A stretch of DNA of 63,998 nt, the filler included, from Dirinaria sp. TL-2023a (taxonomy: Eukaryota): NCBI GenBank assembly GCA_051941275.1. It is 9 parts of 9 records of this genome, joined end to end, with 100 filler letters (N's around TTAATTAATTAA, not from the genome) between each part and the next. Parts side by side here need not be neighbours in the genome. Positions count along the whole stretch, not along the records: positions 1 to 7,075 come from JAVEBF010001371.1; positions 7,176 to 14,240 come from JAVEBF010001372.1; 7 more parts are not named here. The stretch is one strand, 5' to 3'. The position numbers and the translations under genes are program-made. Below are positions 1 through 12,889 of the stretch, in pieces (the stretch's first letter is position 1; each line of letters opens with the position of its first letter). Under the pieces are notes generated by a model. The model was not told the origin of the DNA, made no database searches, and saw only the letters and a list, made by a program, of their open reading frames with translations.

Positions 1-1374
1 GCTCATCGCGCCCAAATCGCGGGATGCAGATGAAGGCAAATCAAAGACATTCGTTCAGTGTGGAGATTTGTTGGGAAATATGGTTATGGGTATGGGCGGG
101 AATGGTAGAGTGGATAGATTGAACTTTAGAGTGGGGTGGGGATGGGATATATATCACCACATATGAACCATTTCCCTAACAAAATCTTTGGGCTATGGAC
201 GTGACTGTGATTATCAACGCATGTAGTAATATTTTCATCGGTTTTGGCGGTGGATTATATTCGACTTATGGAATGATACGAGGTACAGAATATTTTGCGG
301 AAATGGTAGCACTGAGAATAAAAAGCATCGAAGAGATGTCTTTAAAGTCGTATCAGATTTTAGAATCATCTTAATCGTACCAGCCCTCTAGATCCACTTC
401 CACGAAGAAGAAAAAAAATCCTTTTCTCCTAGTAAACTCGACCGCGAGTCTCACACTCCACTTCCCAATCCCAGAAATTACCGAAGGACCTGCATTCCCG
501 AGCTTAAAAAAGCTTGTAATTGTGAATGATACCCTTTAGAGACAGGGAGATTGAATATTTATGTGATGTGAAACTTAATCAGTATGTTATGACAATTAAA
601 AAATCGTATTTTCTTGATCGAGCGAGATTTTCAGATTACCGAACTGAGATTGTATTTAGGGAATGGATAGCATGGGAAGAAGCGGACTTTTGATGCAAGG
701 GTATTGAGGAATGTTGGGACCAAGTATGGGTTAATACATGATGATGTTTGAGTTATCCTAATTGCTGAATTCGTGGCTTCTACTGGTTTTTTATTCTGGG
801 TTCACTAGACAAGAAAAAAAAGGTTGTGAGAAATACCGGTGACGAGTGCTGGATTTTTTAAGGTTTGGCAGAGAAAAGTTCATTCCTGTAGGTGAAACGC
901 GGGGATGCTTGTGAAGAGCACATTGAAGTACGTTAGGAGTGTTTCTCCTTTGCTTCCCTCGAACAACCTCGGTTGTCTTCGACTCTGACGAGCCTCTTGA
1001 TGCACAGAGGAAGGTATCTGCGGCGGCGGGAGTCAAGCGTTGGAAACAGGGGGAAACACGGATTCAGGGCTGCGAGGTTCTTTGTTTGAACATCCTTTCT
1101 TAGTTTTAGACAAGGCCATCCAGTAACTGCTTTGTGTTTCTGGTATAGCCGGGACAATCTCATTGTGCATTGTTTCGATAGCAAGATAGGTTGAACAATT
1201 TCATTGTATGCTGTTTCAATGGCGTTTGACTCGAGACTTTGCCGTAGTACATATTCGTGCTCGGTCTCCGTTTCCTTGTCCTGTAAGCTGTATCCTACTC
1301 GAGCGTTAGAAGCATATATTAGTCATACCCTCGTATATTTGCTCTCCACCGCTCCTTTCGAAGCGACAAACAAG

Positions 1375-2358
1375 ATGCATCCCTCATCCACGCTGCTGGC
1401 AGCGACATTCGCTCTGTCCCCCTTGGTCTCAGCTTACACCCTCACCGACTCCTTCCACCCAGGTAACTTCTTCTCTTCCTTCGACTTTTTCACAGGGCAG
1501 GACCCTACCTCTGGCTTCGTCGTGTACCAAAACCAGCAACAGGCCACCGCCTCCAAGCTCATCGGCACAGCGCCCCAAGCCAACAACTCCATCTACATGG
1601 GCGTGGACACCTCAAACAATGACCCCCAAGGCCGTGCATCGGTGCGGATCTCCAGCAAGAAGAGCTGGAGCAAAGGCCTCTTCATCGCCGATATCCAGCA
1701 CATGCCCGAGGGCTGTGGCACATGGCCCGCCTTCTGGCTTCTAGGCTCAGGGACGTGGCCGATGAACGGTGAGATCGATATCTTAGAAGGCGTCAACGAA
1801 GCCAATAATAACAGTATCACCTTACATACTAATGCCGGCTGCGCCATCCAAGGGTCTAGCGGCTTCAGTGGCAAAGTCATGACGCCCAACTGCGACGTCA
1901 ATGATCCCGCACAGTCCAAGAACGCCGGGTGCCAGGTCCAAAATCCATCGACTCAGAGCTACGGCGCTGGATTCAATGCCGTCAATGGCGGTGTGGTCGC
2001 TACCGAAGTTACGTCGCAGGGCATCAAGGTCTGGTTTTGGCCCCGCAGTACCATCCCCTCGGATATCGAGTCGGGCAACCCGAATCCTGCGGGCTGGCAG
2101 CAGCCCGTGGCCGCTTTTCCAGCCGCGGGATGTAATATCGACCAGCATTTCAAGGATATGAGTATCATCTTCGATACGACTTTTTGCGGCCAGTGGGCTG
2201 GTGAGGTCTGGAGCCAGAGCTCGTGCGCGGCAAAAGCACCCACTTGCCAGCAGTACGTGCAGTCGAATGGTGCGGCTTTTTCGGAGGCGTATTGGCTTGT
2301 GAATTCAGTGAATGTCTATCAGCAGACACCTAGTCGGATTATGCGGAGGAATTATTAA
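1375..2358 (+). CDS. Secreted GH16 endo-1,3(4)-beta-glucanase (fungal Lam16A-like)
   Basis: Intronless ORF from ATG 1375 with signal peptide MHPSSTLLAATFALSPLVSA; GTWPAFW and catalytic GEIDILEG (ExDxxE) motifs; DTTFCGQWAG C-terminal motif. Confidence 0.93.
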   Translation: MHPSSTLLAATFALSPLVSAYTLTDSFHPGNFFSSFDFFTGQDPTSGFVVYQNQQQATASKLIGTAPQANNSIYMGVDTSNNDPQGRASVRISSKKSWSKGLFIADIQHMPEGCGTWPAFWLLGSGTWPMNGEIDILEGVNEANNNSITLHTNAGCAIQGSSGFSGKVMTPNCDVNDPAQSKNAGCQVQNPSTQSYGAGFNAVNGGVVATEVTSQGIKVWFWPRSTIPSDIESGNPNPAGWQQPVAAFPAAGCNIDQHFKDMSIIFDTTFCGQWAGEVWSQSSCAAKAPTCQQYVQSNGAAFSEAYWLVNSVNVYQQTPSRIMRRNY

Positions 2359-4480
2359 TCTGCAGGTTGTTGCTAGGTTTTTGGGTGTCGAGTAAAAAGG
2401 AGCCTCCATGAATAGTGAGCAGGATATGTTCGATTTAGGATATATGTCTCTAGAACAACGTAATTGATTATTGCCTCGAAGCCATTGCATGTTTCCCTTC
2501 CATTTTCTTTTTCTTAGCACATGTTCCACCTCTTGTATTAGACTCTCTCGTCTGCCAAGCCTCTGATTTCGAAATCCAAATAAATCGTGATCTGTCTGAC
2601 TTGGCTTTTCGGATCTCGATTCTTTTTGAGGGTTTTAGACTCGACTCAAACCCACACCGACTCTTCTTGGAGACTTGTGTCATGTGATTTTTTTCATCAG
2701 CTGCTAGATCATCGTATTCTGACTTTCTACCTTTTTTCCCAACTGCTGACTCTTGTGGAGGTTACAGTCGTAAAAGCCTTGGCTGAGAACACACCGACTC
2801 CTTCATGGTACTGCTGGCATCTGCTACGCAGCCATGGATGTCGCACAATGTTATCACATGTTGATGAGCACAGACTGTAAGGGGCAAAGGTATCCAAAAC
2901 GCCCTTCTCTCGGCCAGTCGCTAGTGGAGCGTGTCCCATAGCTCGGAGGAGATCTTGGGCTTTCGGCTACCGATATTCAGCTTCCATAGTCGATGACGAG
3001 TGCGTCATATTCCGCTTCTCGGATGCTGTCGGTGATCCAGTCTGACTACCGTGCTGTCTCAGTGGATCCATCATGAGACAAAGAGTCAGGTCGTTCCTCG
3101 ATCCTCCAACACCGCCTTATGACAGGGCTAATGCCCGAAGTTATGCCGACAAGCGACAGACTAAGCATTCCCTGACCCACATGTCAGGTGACCTATACTT
3201 TCTACATGCCAGAGCCTCAATCGACGATGAAGCTTCATGATCGATAAATGCAGGATCAAAAGAGGACTCTGCTCAAAAGCCTGTCCATTTCTCATTCGTC
3301 TAAAATCATACAGCTTGGAGCGAGGCACAACATCGAGAATGACAGCTTTGTAATCTATGCTTTACCTCTGCTCTCCTCGCAAGCTTCTCAGTGATCCAGC
3401 TTCATGTGGGTCCCGGCGAGCTCCCTCAGGTCATACACAGCTTCATCGGTGTCATCGATATCGTGTTTGCTTGACCCCTATTCCATGCTTCGGACGTGTC
3501 AATCGAGACTTGATGACGAGCACGCATTAGCCGCGCGTATCAAAGAAACCTGGTAGCGAAAGCCTGTGACATCCGCGGGAAGGCTCAGCCAAACGGGATA
3601 TCTCGACACCGCCTCACTGGTCCCAAAGTGATTTAACGTTACATTTTTAGGATGGATCGAATGGACAGGATCGCACCATCCGGCAAACCCCGGCGTGGCC
3701 ATAGCGGCTAATATGCGATCACGAAGTCGATATGATGCCTTGATACAACTCGCGAAAATGTTCCGTGTCTGCAAGGGCAGCCCACGTGCTGCGGCCTCTG
3801 CTGGTCATCCATACGCATTTGGGCTCGTTCGCCGACGTCGTTCCTTTCACTCGCAGATTACTGCGTGATCTGCGCCTCGAATAATGTAATCTTCGGTCTG
3901 ACGTCCGATATGCGCTTGCTCGAGATTGGCTGCTGAGGCGGGGCTGCCCTTTCCACGGTTCATCCCACGCCTGCCAACTCGGAGTATTCATTCCTTGTTA
4001 TTGATCACTCAATCCTTTGACTACACTCTACCCCTATTATACGCCTTACTCGTACACCATCGTACTTCAAACACGGCTGATCGCTGCAGCCTGCGTTTTG
4101 TACAACGGCATGCATCAAACCTTCGGCAGCTCAATCTACAAGGCTTTCCATGCAGCGGCCCTGCACATCATCCCACTTCCCAAGAACTTTAAATAGACAT
4201 TAGACTGATGTACGACCTGGACATACGGATTATCGTATCCGGCTCACAAGGTATGGATCGCTTGTACGGACATCAAAAAGATTAGATATCCTCAGGATCA
4301 GGGTGAGCAGGCTGTGGTAATATCCTGCCTTCACCGCAGGCCGGTCGGCGAGGTATATAATGATGTTGTAGACCAAGCATGTGTGTAAGTTGACAGTCTT
4401 CCACGAAAACTTGGGACTTCTCTCTGAGGAATCTTCCTCACTTCTCGACGTCCATCAGTCTCATTCTCCTTTTCAAGAAT

Positions 4481-6694
4481 ATGCATCTGAATATTCGCCT
4501 AAGCCCTTGGGCTACATATGTCATTTTCACTGCCTTCCTGGTTCAAGAGGCCGCAACGGATGGCTTCATATACCCAAATGTCTCGGCTACCAATTTTCAC
4601 GTCAGGGACACAGTCAATGTATCATGGACGTCATCATTCAGTCAACCGTTTCTTCAATTATATTGTGGTTTTCAGAGTAACGGTAAGTGATCTCGTCATG
4701 GTATGATTCGAGCATACCGGAATGACCGAGAAATAGCACTGGTAAGCCACTCAGTCTCAGAGAGTGGCTCATACGAACTTGACCTACGTCCTAATTGGGT
4801 CGACAACAATTGCTATTTCCAGCTGACCGAAGGACCCAACCATTTCTCGACAAGAATATTTCAGATATCAGGGAGAAGTGGAGTGCGAAGGATTTGGAGC
4901 GCGCCTCCTTCGGCACAAGCTCCGCCTTCTGTTAGCAGCAATGTTACTGGCTCCGAGAGTCCGGCTGCCAACGACACCACCAACAGCCGGGCCACAGCAT
5001 CTGCCAAACGAAGACCACCAGTCACTTTGGATAGTGACGGCCCGGATAGCCACTATAAATGGAACGACATAGACTGCCTGGATAACAGTGACCTCTATTA
5101 TCCGGGATGCTGGGAAGTCCTGAACATAAGCTCTTGGCTACCCAAATGGTTCCTGGAAACGCCTGTTTGTCAACCTGGAGAGAGCGAGGCTGACTGCAAT
5201 CTCAAAAATCCGGGCGAGACTCCCGAACCATGGACAATGACATTCCTTCGTGAGGCTGTTGGAGGAGCTAGTGGGGACTGCACAATAATAGGCAGCAATC
5301 TCTGTGCTTATTATTTTAACGCTGACGATGGCGCTGATGATAAGCCATTAGAGCGCGCCAGGTTTAGATATGTGCGCTACAACATCTATAGTAAGTTATC
5401 CAACAGAGCCCCAAACTACGACGGTATGAAAGGCGCTAAATTATGCCAGTGATCAGTGGCTTCTTCAATGGCTGGTACACGGCGATCAACACCGCCATGC
5501 AGGAGGCTTCATTAAGCATCGACGGGATCATCCACCTCGTCGATCCACAGAAAAAGACTCACGTGGGCTTGAATGCCTTCTTAACCGTCTTGGGTCTCGG
5601 TTTAGGCTTCTTACCGGCCATTGGTCCCGAACTCGAAGGAGTGAGTGAACTTGCTATTACGGCTGCTAACATCGCGCTGGACGGCATCAAGAAAGCTCCC
5701 GGGATCGCTCAGCAAATTTGGCCGGTGGGAACACAGAACTCTCAGAGTACGCAGATTGATGAACTACAAGGCGATGTCCCAATTGTATTGTCTGAGCTTC
5801 AGTCAAACCTCCAAAAGGGGCTAGAACTCGTACAAGGCGTCAACCAGAGCGATGTGTCCAGCTTTCTGGCTTTTACGGGCAACGGCAACTTTTCCACATC
5901 CCCTGGAACTGCACCCACTGTAACAGCCTCAACGGGCACTGAAATTCAACCTTTGCTGATAGCATTCACGACGTATCTGGTGTCCACAGCGCTATCTCAG
6001 AATGGATGGCATGCTCTTGTGCTCCCGGGTAAGTTCAAATATGCAGCAGCTTGCGCTCCTCCTTCGATTAGTGATCAAAGCTGACATCGAAACCCAAACA
6101 GGCGTCAACCCAATGGGCTACACAAACGGCTCCTCAGGCTGTCCCTCCTGGGCAGACGGCTGCCACGGGTCGAGCGACCTACAATGCGACGGCTACGACG
6201 AGCACGGCCAATGCAACGGGACATACTGGTGGTACAGCACGGCGCACAACAGCGCCTACACACTAAACCACAACGACAAAACCTCCTCGACAGAGATCAT
6301 CCAGAAGATCTTCTCAAACGGCTGGTCCACGGGCCCGCTCCTGTTCGAAAACGCCGCCGTGTGCGAAATCCAAAACATGCTCCAGATCGCCAACTCGTCC
6401 CTCAACTACACTTCCCGCAGCGGGACTTCCGGATTTACCTTCTCCGGCACGATCCCGGATTTGGATCCGGGCGATATCGTGACCGTGAATTCGACGACGA
6501 CGTTTTTGCCCTTCAACGGTGGCGGGTTGAGTCATTTGAGTACGATCCCCGCGTACGCGCATCTAATGTTCCATCCCAACAACACGTTTTGGAAATTCGA
6601 TAACGAGGGCTTGGATTTCAGCTGCACGAGTCAGTTGAATACGAGTATTGCGAACAGTTGGGGCGGGTCGTGGACTGCGAATTCGCCTTCTTGA
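4481..6694 (+). CDS. Secreted protein of unknown function, 4 exons (4481-4682, 4737-5390, 5450-6028, 6102-6694)
   Basis: N-terminal signal-peptide-like segment; three GTAAGT...AG introns that join the listed ORFs in frame; Cys-rich segments and many N-glycosylation sequons. Confidence 0.8.
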
Positions 6695-7075
6695 GGAGAA
6701 GGGCGCGAGCGAAGCGAGCTTTGAGCGACTCTTGGAGTACGGGTTCTGGGGCGGAGGTTTTCGGGGTTTTTTGCTTGGGTTTGGGGTTCGAGTTGAATGC
6801 GGCAACGCTGGCGTTGCATTATTCTTTTTTTTTTTTGTTTGTACGATTTTTCAAGGTCAGAGCGTTTTCGATTCGTGTATTTACTTCTCTTCTATATCAT
6901 TTGTAAAGATCTATGTTCTTGGCTATATCACGATCAGAATTCTCTCACCCCGAAAATCCCCACACGAATTCGATACTAACTCCACACCTGCGTGCGTATC
7001 AAATCCCCCTGGTCCCTTGAAAGAGAGAGAAGCCGAAATGACCACATCTTTGAACACCAAGCCCCGAAAGTCCAA

Positions 7076-7175
7076 NNNNNNNNNNNNNNNNNNNNNNNNN
7101 NNNNNNNNNNNNNNNNNNNTTAATTAATTAANNNNNNNNNNNNNNNNNNNNNNNNNNNNNNNNNNNNNNNNNNNN
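7076..7175. other. Artificial contig spacer N44-TTAATTAATTAA-N44 (also 14241-14340, 21392-21491, 28539-28638, 35682-35781, 42811-42910, 49930-50029, 57048-57147)
   Basis: Identical 100-nt linker with stops in all six frames; contigs between linkers are sorted by decreasing length. Confidence 0.98.
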
Positions 7176-7254
7176 AACTCTGCATTAGTAGCCCATGTCC
7201 TTTGTGGAATCTGAGGGTGTAGCAATTCGAGTATCGGCTGGCCCCTTTCTTTTG
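7176..7254 (+). ncRNA. Putative Pol III small structured RNA, family A copy 0 (5'-truncated by contig end)
   Basis: AACTCTGCATTAGTAGCCCATGTCCTTTGTGGAATCTGAGGGTGTAGCAATT is identical to the reverse complement of the 12488-12593 copy; followed by T-rich terminator and B box GGTTCAATCC at 7276-7285. Confidence 0.7.
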
Positions 7255-8515
7255 CCTTTTGCGGAAGTGGTCCAGGGTTCAATCCCCACAGAGTTCAATT
7301 CAAATTTTTCACCCCTTTTTCACTTCTTGCTTTCTAAATTATTTTTCGACCTAAAGTTTTCTTTTTTTCCTTTGTCACTTTCGTATCCAAAACTTCAGCC
7401 ATCCCATCGCGTGTCTCTAAAACCAAGAACCGAAGGGGGGAAAAGCAAATCTATACCGCGTACAACCAACCCCTTTCATCCATCCCCACATGACCTTTCC
7501 CACTTTCTATTTTTCTATTAAGGGAGATATGGGATCCTACTGCCGCTGCAACACCTACTCTACTGGCATTCCAGCGCTGCTCACTACTAATTCTCACCTG
7601 GTAATGCATCCGATCCCTATTTCAGTATCTTCGTTTCTATGTCTCTGGCACAATGCGAGTTTTCTAGCAAGAATGGTTTCATGGAGTGATGAGGGACCGA
7701 TCTACCTTGAAAGTGATGCGGTTCAGCAGACTAGTTCTCAAAAGCTGAATGTGACATAAGAAATATCAGAGAGGCATTGATAAATTGACATTGGTAGTTA
7801 GAGGGGAAGGGGATGGGGGGTAATGGGTGGCAGCAAATTGGAGGTGGTTTGGCAGCAAAATATGATGTTGTTGCGTTACTGGGACCCTCAATTTCTTGCT
7901 ACCACCACCAGTGGATAGTAAAAAGGGAATATGAATTCGAGAAAGCAGAGGATGGGCACGGAAAAAGATAGTTGTACGCAGCATGACGCTCCACCCCCCA
8001 CCGTGTGCTCAGACAGATGGCATTAATGGGCTCTCTGTGTCGCAGCTCCGCTATGAGTTTGGGGTGGGTGAGACGTGAGCATAGAGGATGGATAGACGGA
8101 GTCTGGGATCGGACATGGTGAGATATCGAATAGCAGAGTTCGTGCCAGAGTGGAGTGAAGTAGATTTGATATTGTGAGCCTTAATTGGTCTTAAACTAAG
8201 GCTATGGACTACCGGATAGAGACAAATCAGATCAAATTTGATCTTGTAGAGAAACTTGATTGTAGTTGTGCCGCCGCCTGGGAAACTTGACGTGTCGGAA
8301 GATGATGAAAACCCGCTCGATTGCCAATGAGATCGCGGAAGCAATAGTGATGGAGTGTAGTTGAGTTAGTCTATGCGTCGAGATCTTCAGATAAAAGTAG
8401 TATGGGATGATGATATACACCCTATACGCGTTCTTCTTAGACTTGCATCGCATTTCGCTCGAGCCAAGTCATGAACCCTTCCAATCCCAGGCTGAATATC
8501 TTGTCTTCAAAGATA

Positions 8516-9406
8516 TCAAGGGTAATTCCGAGGACCGAGGAGTGAGGGAAGTTCGAAGTATGTCCATGCTGCAATGCCTCCTGAATATTCTGTGAGATCT
8601 ATGTCGATATCCATGAACACACTCTCCGTGTCATAAGATGCTAGAAATACAAACTCAAACGAGCATTTCAGCGGGCTGACCGATTGGCCGCGAAAGAAAG
8701 GTTCATACTGATTATTATAGCACCGTTCATGGCTTGTTTGATAGTCCTGATTGAGTGCTGGAATGAGTGCCTCAGCCAGATCTCGGACCCACGAAAGGAC
8801 CTCAGATGTTACGGATACTCGATTCTGTTGTACCATTCCGATTCCAAATCGCCAGCGACCGAAAATGGTTGGAGATTTGCGTTGGCTCTATAAGTTAGAT
8901 GTCCCAACGTCTCTGTTAACACCCTCGATGTATTGTACGTCTCTCGTGTGTCACGTCCCCACAGATCAACGAAGCTGCATTCAATCGCAAAACCTTTTAT
9001 CAGCTTGATGATATTCTTATTGGATACCTCTCACGAAATTAAAAATATGAGCGAAAGGTCCTGCAGGGAGGTGAAAGCTATTCGAAGCGTAGTACAAATG
9101 GTAGCCTTCTTCACAAGCTTGCTGGCAGGTTGCAAGGATCTGAACACCGTGATGTGATTTGGGTCGAGTGTCTGGACCCTGCCCAGGACCGGTGGCAGGT
9201 GGAAAATAGATGTGTCCAGGACGCAACACGAGCTTCGTGATCACATCACGGGTTTCGCGAGGAAGGGAATGGTAACCGAAGCCTGGGACGGTACCTGGTT
9301 GAGTCCTGGATAAAGATGTCAGAGTAGACCGTGGCAAAGGATATTTGGAGCGCACCGGGTAGTTCGAACTTTTGAACCTCATGTTGGAAATTGTCACTCC
9401 ATGCAC
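8516..9406 (-). pseudogene. Degenerate gene for a fungal protein with an F-box-like LPRExR N-terminal motif
   Basis: GFGYHSLPRETRDVITKLVL...ILATCQQACEEGYHLYYASNSFHLP resembles common fungal hypothetical families; reading frame broken by TAA at 9017 with protein-like sequence continuing in another frame. Confidence 0.4.
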
Positions 9407-12400
9407 ATTACCTATTTATTATTAGCTAGGCAAGTGGTCAGATACTAAATATTCGCGACCCTTTTTAAGGGGTAAAAGTTATTATAGTTAAATAGGGGCC
9501 CAGTAGGGCCCAGAAAACATCATGGCGTTCAACGATTTCTAACACCTCACTAGTTGACGGCTCATCGATCGCAGACAAGCCTTGGGCGCCCTCGTCTTGA
9601 ATGCAGTCTGTCGGCTCTGGCAAGTACGGGGACTGAACTTTAGTGTTCATGGGTGCACCAAGGTCACTAGAGAGCTTTTCCAACTGAGAGAAGCTCCCCG
9701 CATCCTCTTCTTGCGTAGTATTAGGCTAAGTTTTGTTGCTAGTACGAAGATAATGACCGTCTCTTGGTGCACTGTTAGTCCTTGCTTCGAGATAGAAGAC
9801 AGAGAAGGTTTTGAAAGCGATATTAAAATCACCTTAACGGAACAATGACCTACAACGTGATATGACATCGCTGTGTGTTATCGATATATCAGAAATATAG
9901 TGCCGAAATTCAAGAGGCTCCCTGTACTCAACCCATAGTTCACTCAGACGCCATCACCAAGACATCACGGAGGCAAGCCTTCATTATAATGAAGTTGGAT
10001 CACAGGTGTAAATCGTTCTCGCAGGCTGAGCTGGCAGGCGGTTCTCTATTGACTGAATCAAGCAAATAAGAGGTGTCTAGACGCATAGACGCCTAGAATT
10101 ACACAATTTCAGTATGGGTGTCTATGACTGTTATGGAAAGAAGTCCATGGAACGCGGTGTTAGAAAGACTGGTGGCAACTGACATGGCACAAGAACCCTC
10201 TCGTTAGGTTCTTAAAGTCGAGTTCTGCTCTTCTTCTAAGGTGTAATTAGTCAAAATCTGTTTGCAAATACTGCCACCAACATTATCTTCAAAAGAAGAA
10301 TCGCTACCATAGAGCAGAAGTTGAAAACGCCAAAAGTGCTATGAATAGAATTTCAGCTGAAGCATTGACAGTGGTTCTATCTAACAACGCGAATTCTTAA
10401 CTTACGCAGAAGGAGATATAGGATCGACAGATGCTAATTCTATCAAAAATTCGGATGGGTACTAATTTCCTTGAAAAAATGAATTGATATCGACTTCTTA
10501 TGAGGGAAAAAGGGGAAGAATCATCAATGAGCCGGTAATCTAGGAGAACCATACAATATATCGATGTTCGTGCTGGATGCGTCAACTACAGGATCAGTAT
10601 GAATGTGTAGCAGTCGAAAGGAATGCTCCGATCACGGTTTCATCTCATGGTTTTCGCCGCCAACGTTAGTGGCAGGCAGAAGGCACAATTGAGTCAATCT
10701 TGACTGCCTGTCAAGTGTGACAGCACAATCGCATCATGGCTTAAGACCCTTAGAGATAGGTCCACAGGGATATAATTAAGTTTAATAACTGCGAGAAATC
10801 GAAGTGATTAGTCTAAGGATTCTCTACTATTCTGCGGCTTATTGATCAGGGTTTAGTCAAGGATCTCACACCAGGTTTCAAGAAGCGTAGAGAAGGCACA
10901 AACTTGTCAAGTTCCCATAGCGGAAGAAAGCATCCTGCATAAAAGAGTTTGCCTCCTTCGCTCAGACAATATCGACAGAGAAGATGTCAAGCGCTAGGCA
11001 TGGCCATCATGTGCATTTTTTTGGAACGGGGGTGTTTTTAAGATAAGGGCGTGTCCACGTGACTGAGATTAACGTGAAGCATACCCTGCCATTAATAAGT
11101 CGTTTATAGCTCTACTGAAAGGTATTTCACTGTACAGGTGACTCCAATGAGAGGTGAAACGGTTCCTGCTTAGTATTCCAACATTGATAGAGATGAGAGC
11201 ATGGAAATTACTTACGTCGTCCGATCGCGGCGTCGCAAACTAGGCAATGCAACGAATTAATATCGATTCAGTGCCTAGCTGAGCCAGAGGGCAGTGTCTT
11301 GATGTTTATGCCTAGGCCATCAGGGTCATCGATGTCACCCTGGATGTCACCTCCGCTGTCCAAATCTCGATGTGTGCGCCCGATTGCCATTGTGTGTCCA
11401 TATTGACATGATGATATCGCCACCCTTTCTGATGTGTAATTGCCAACGCATGCGCGTACATATATGAATGTTGCCACGGCATTGCAATTGACTGATCGAG
11501 GCTCGACATTGTGGGCAAATACAACGCCGGCGCCATTATTGCCAACATAAGCGTCTTGGCGTCGGGAGGGGTCAAAAGCCCTTCCTTCTGGCTTTGCGTT
11601 TCCTTCCTTCTTGGGAATAGCAATAGATAGGATTTGACCATCATTGCTGCACTCTATGTTACCGTATCGTTTCAAAGCCGAAGACGGGACAGACTTAAAG
11701 TCCAACCAAGAAAACATGCCTATAACTGTGTGTGCCGCCTTGAGATTGCGTGTGCATGTGCTTTGAGTGATTGTTCCCGGTGCTTCTGCCGATCTCAGCT
11801 GTGTCTTTGCCGGTCAGCGCAGTTTTTCAATCGTCTTTTATCTCATGATCAGGTTCTCCACCAGATCTCACTTATCGACGGATGACTTGGTCCCTTCCGT
11901 TTCAAATCTATAGGGACATCGAAGTCCAGTATTTACTTCAGGGAAGTTGACTCAGGACCACCCGGAGCCAAGAACCTGTTTGGCTTGGAGCATCTTATTC
12001 ACAGAGACACTGCAGTTCGAGGTCCGTCAGAGGAACCCGCGTTCTAGATATGCTGGACCTGTATGATGCAATTTAGCAGTGCTTTGGACAGTGTGTATGG
12101 CGACGAGTATACGTAGCACCTTCAGCACCTCCTCTTGCTTTCACAAGTGCTTTGATATCGTCTGCGTCCATTATTACATTTGATTTTGCGTTGCGGAAGC
12201 TTTCGTGTTGCACATCAGCTCATCCGCTCCAAATATAGTCGCATATGAGTAGGTAGAGGGACTTATTAACGCGAAGTTGCAGCATTGGCCTTTGATGCAA
12301 TTGCTGTATTGTTAAATATGTAGTCTGATCTGACGCCGACGAAGACCCAAATCAATCATGTCGCTTCTGGTTCCAAGAAAGTATCGAAAGGAACATCGTG

Positions 12401-12487
12401 GAGTAGATTGTGTTAAGGAACAAGGAAAAAGGAAAAGAAAAAGAAAAAAGTTGACTAACCCGAGAATCGAACACTGAGCAAAAAAAA

Positions 12488-12593
12488 GACGGCTACCGAT
12501 ACCCCAATTGCTACACCCTCAGATTCCACAAAGGACATGGGCTACTAATGCAGAGTTGGAGCTCTGTTCAACTTGAACCAACACGGCTGCCGT
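12488..12593 (-). ncRNA. Putative Pol III small structured RNA, family A copy 1
   Basis: 5' ACGGCAGCCG pairs with 3' CGGTAGCCGT; A-box-like CAGCCGTGTTGG; T8 terminator (A-run 12480-12487); B box GTTCGATTC downstream at 12464-12472; AT-rich TATA-like element about 30 nt upstream. Confidence 0.75.
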
Positions 12594-12779
12594 GAAAACC
12601 TTGGGTAATATTATTTTACATAAATACAAATTTTTTTGTTTTCCATTGGGCGATCCTTCGTTAATTTGCTTCTGACTAACGACCATATCCCTTCTATCTC
12701 TTTACTGTCCTTACTCTATGTTTTTACCAAAAAAAAAGCTCATTTGACCTCTGTCTGAATCGAGCACTGCGCAAAAAAA

Positions 12780-12889
12780 GGGGCAGCCGATACCCCAATT
12801 CCTGCCTCCTCAGATTCCACAAAGAATATAGACTGTACGATGCAGAGTTGGAGCTCTGATCAAATTACATGAACCACCACGGCTATCGT
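12780..12889 (-). ncRNA. Putative Pol III small structured RNA, family A copy 2 (most diverged)
   Basis: 5' GATAGCCG / 3' CGGCTGCC stem; T7 terminator (12773-12779); B-box variant GCTCGATTC at 12757-12765; TATATA at 12911-12917. Confidence 0.75.

Noticed and set aside
7120..7131. TTAATTAATTAA as a biological repeat or regulatory motif
   Set aside because: Synthetic six-frame stop linker embedded in N runs
11268..11717. 149-aa minus-strand ORF as a gene
   Set aside because: No recognisable motif or convincing gene structure; cannot support a call
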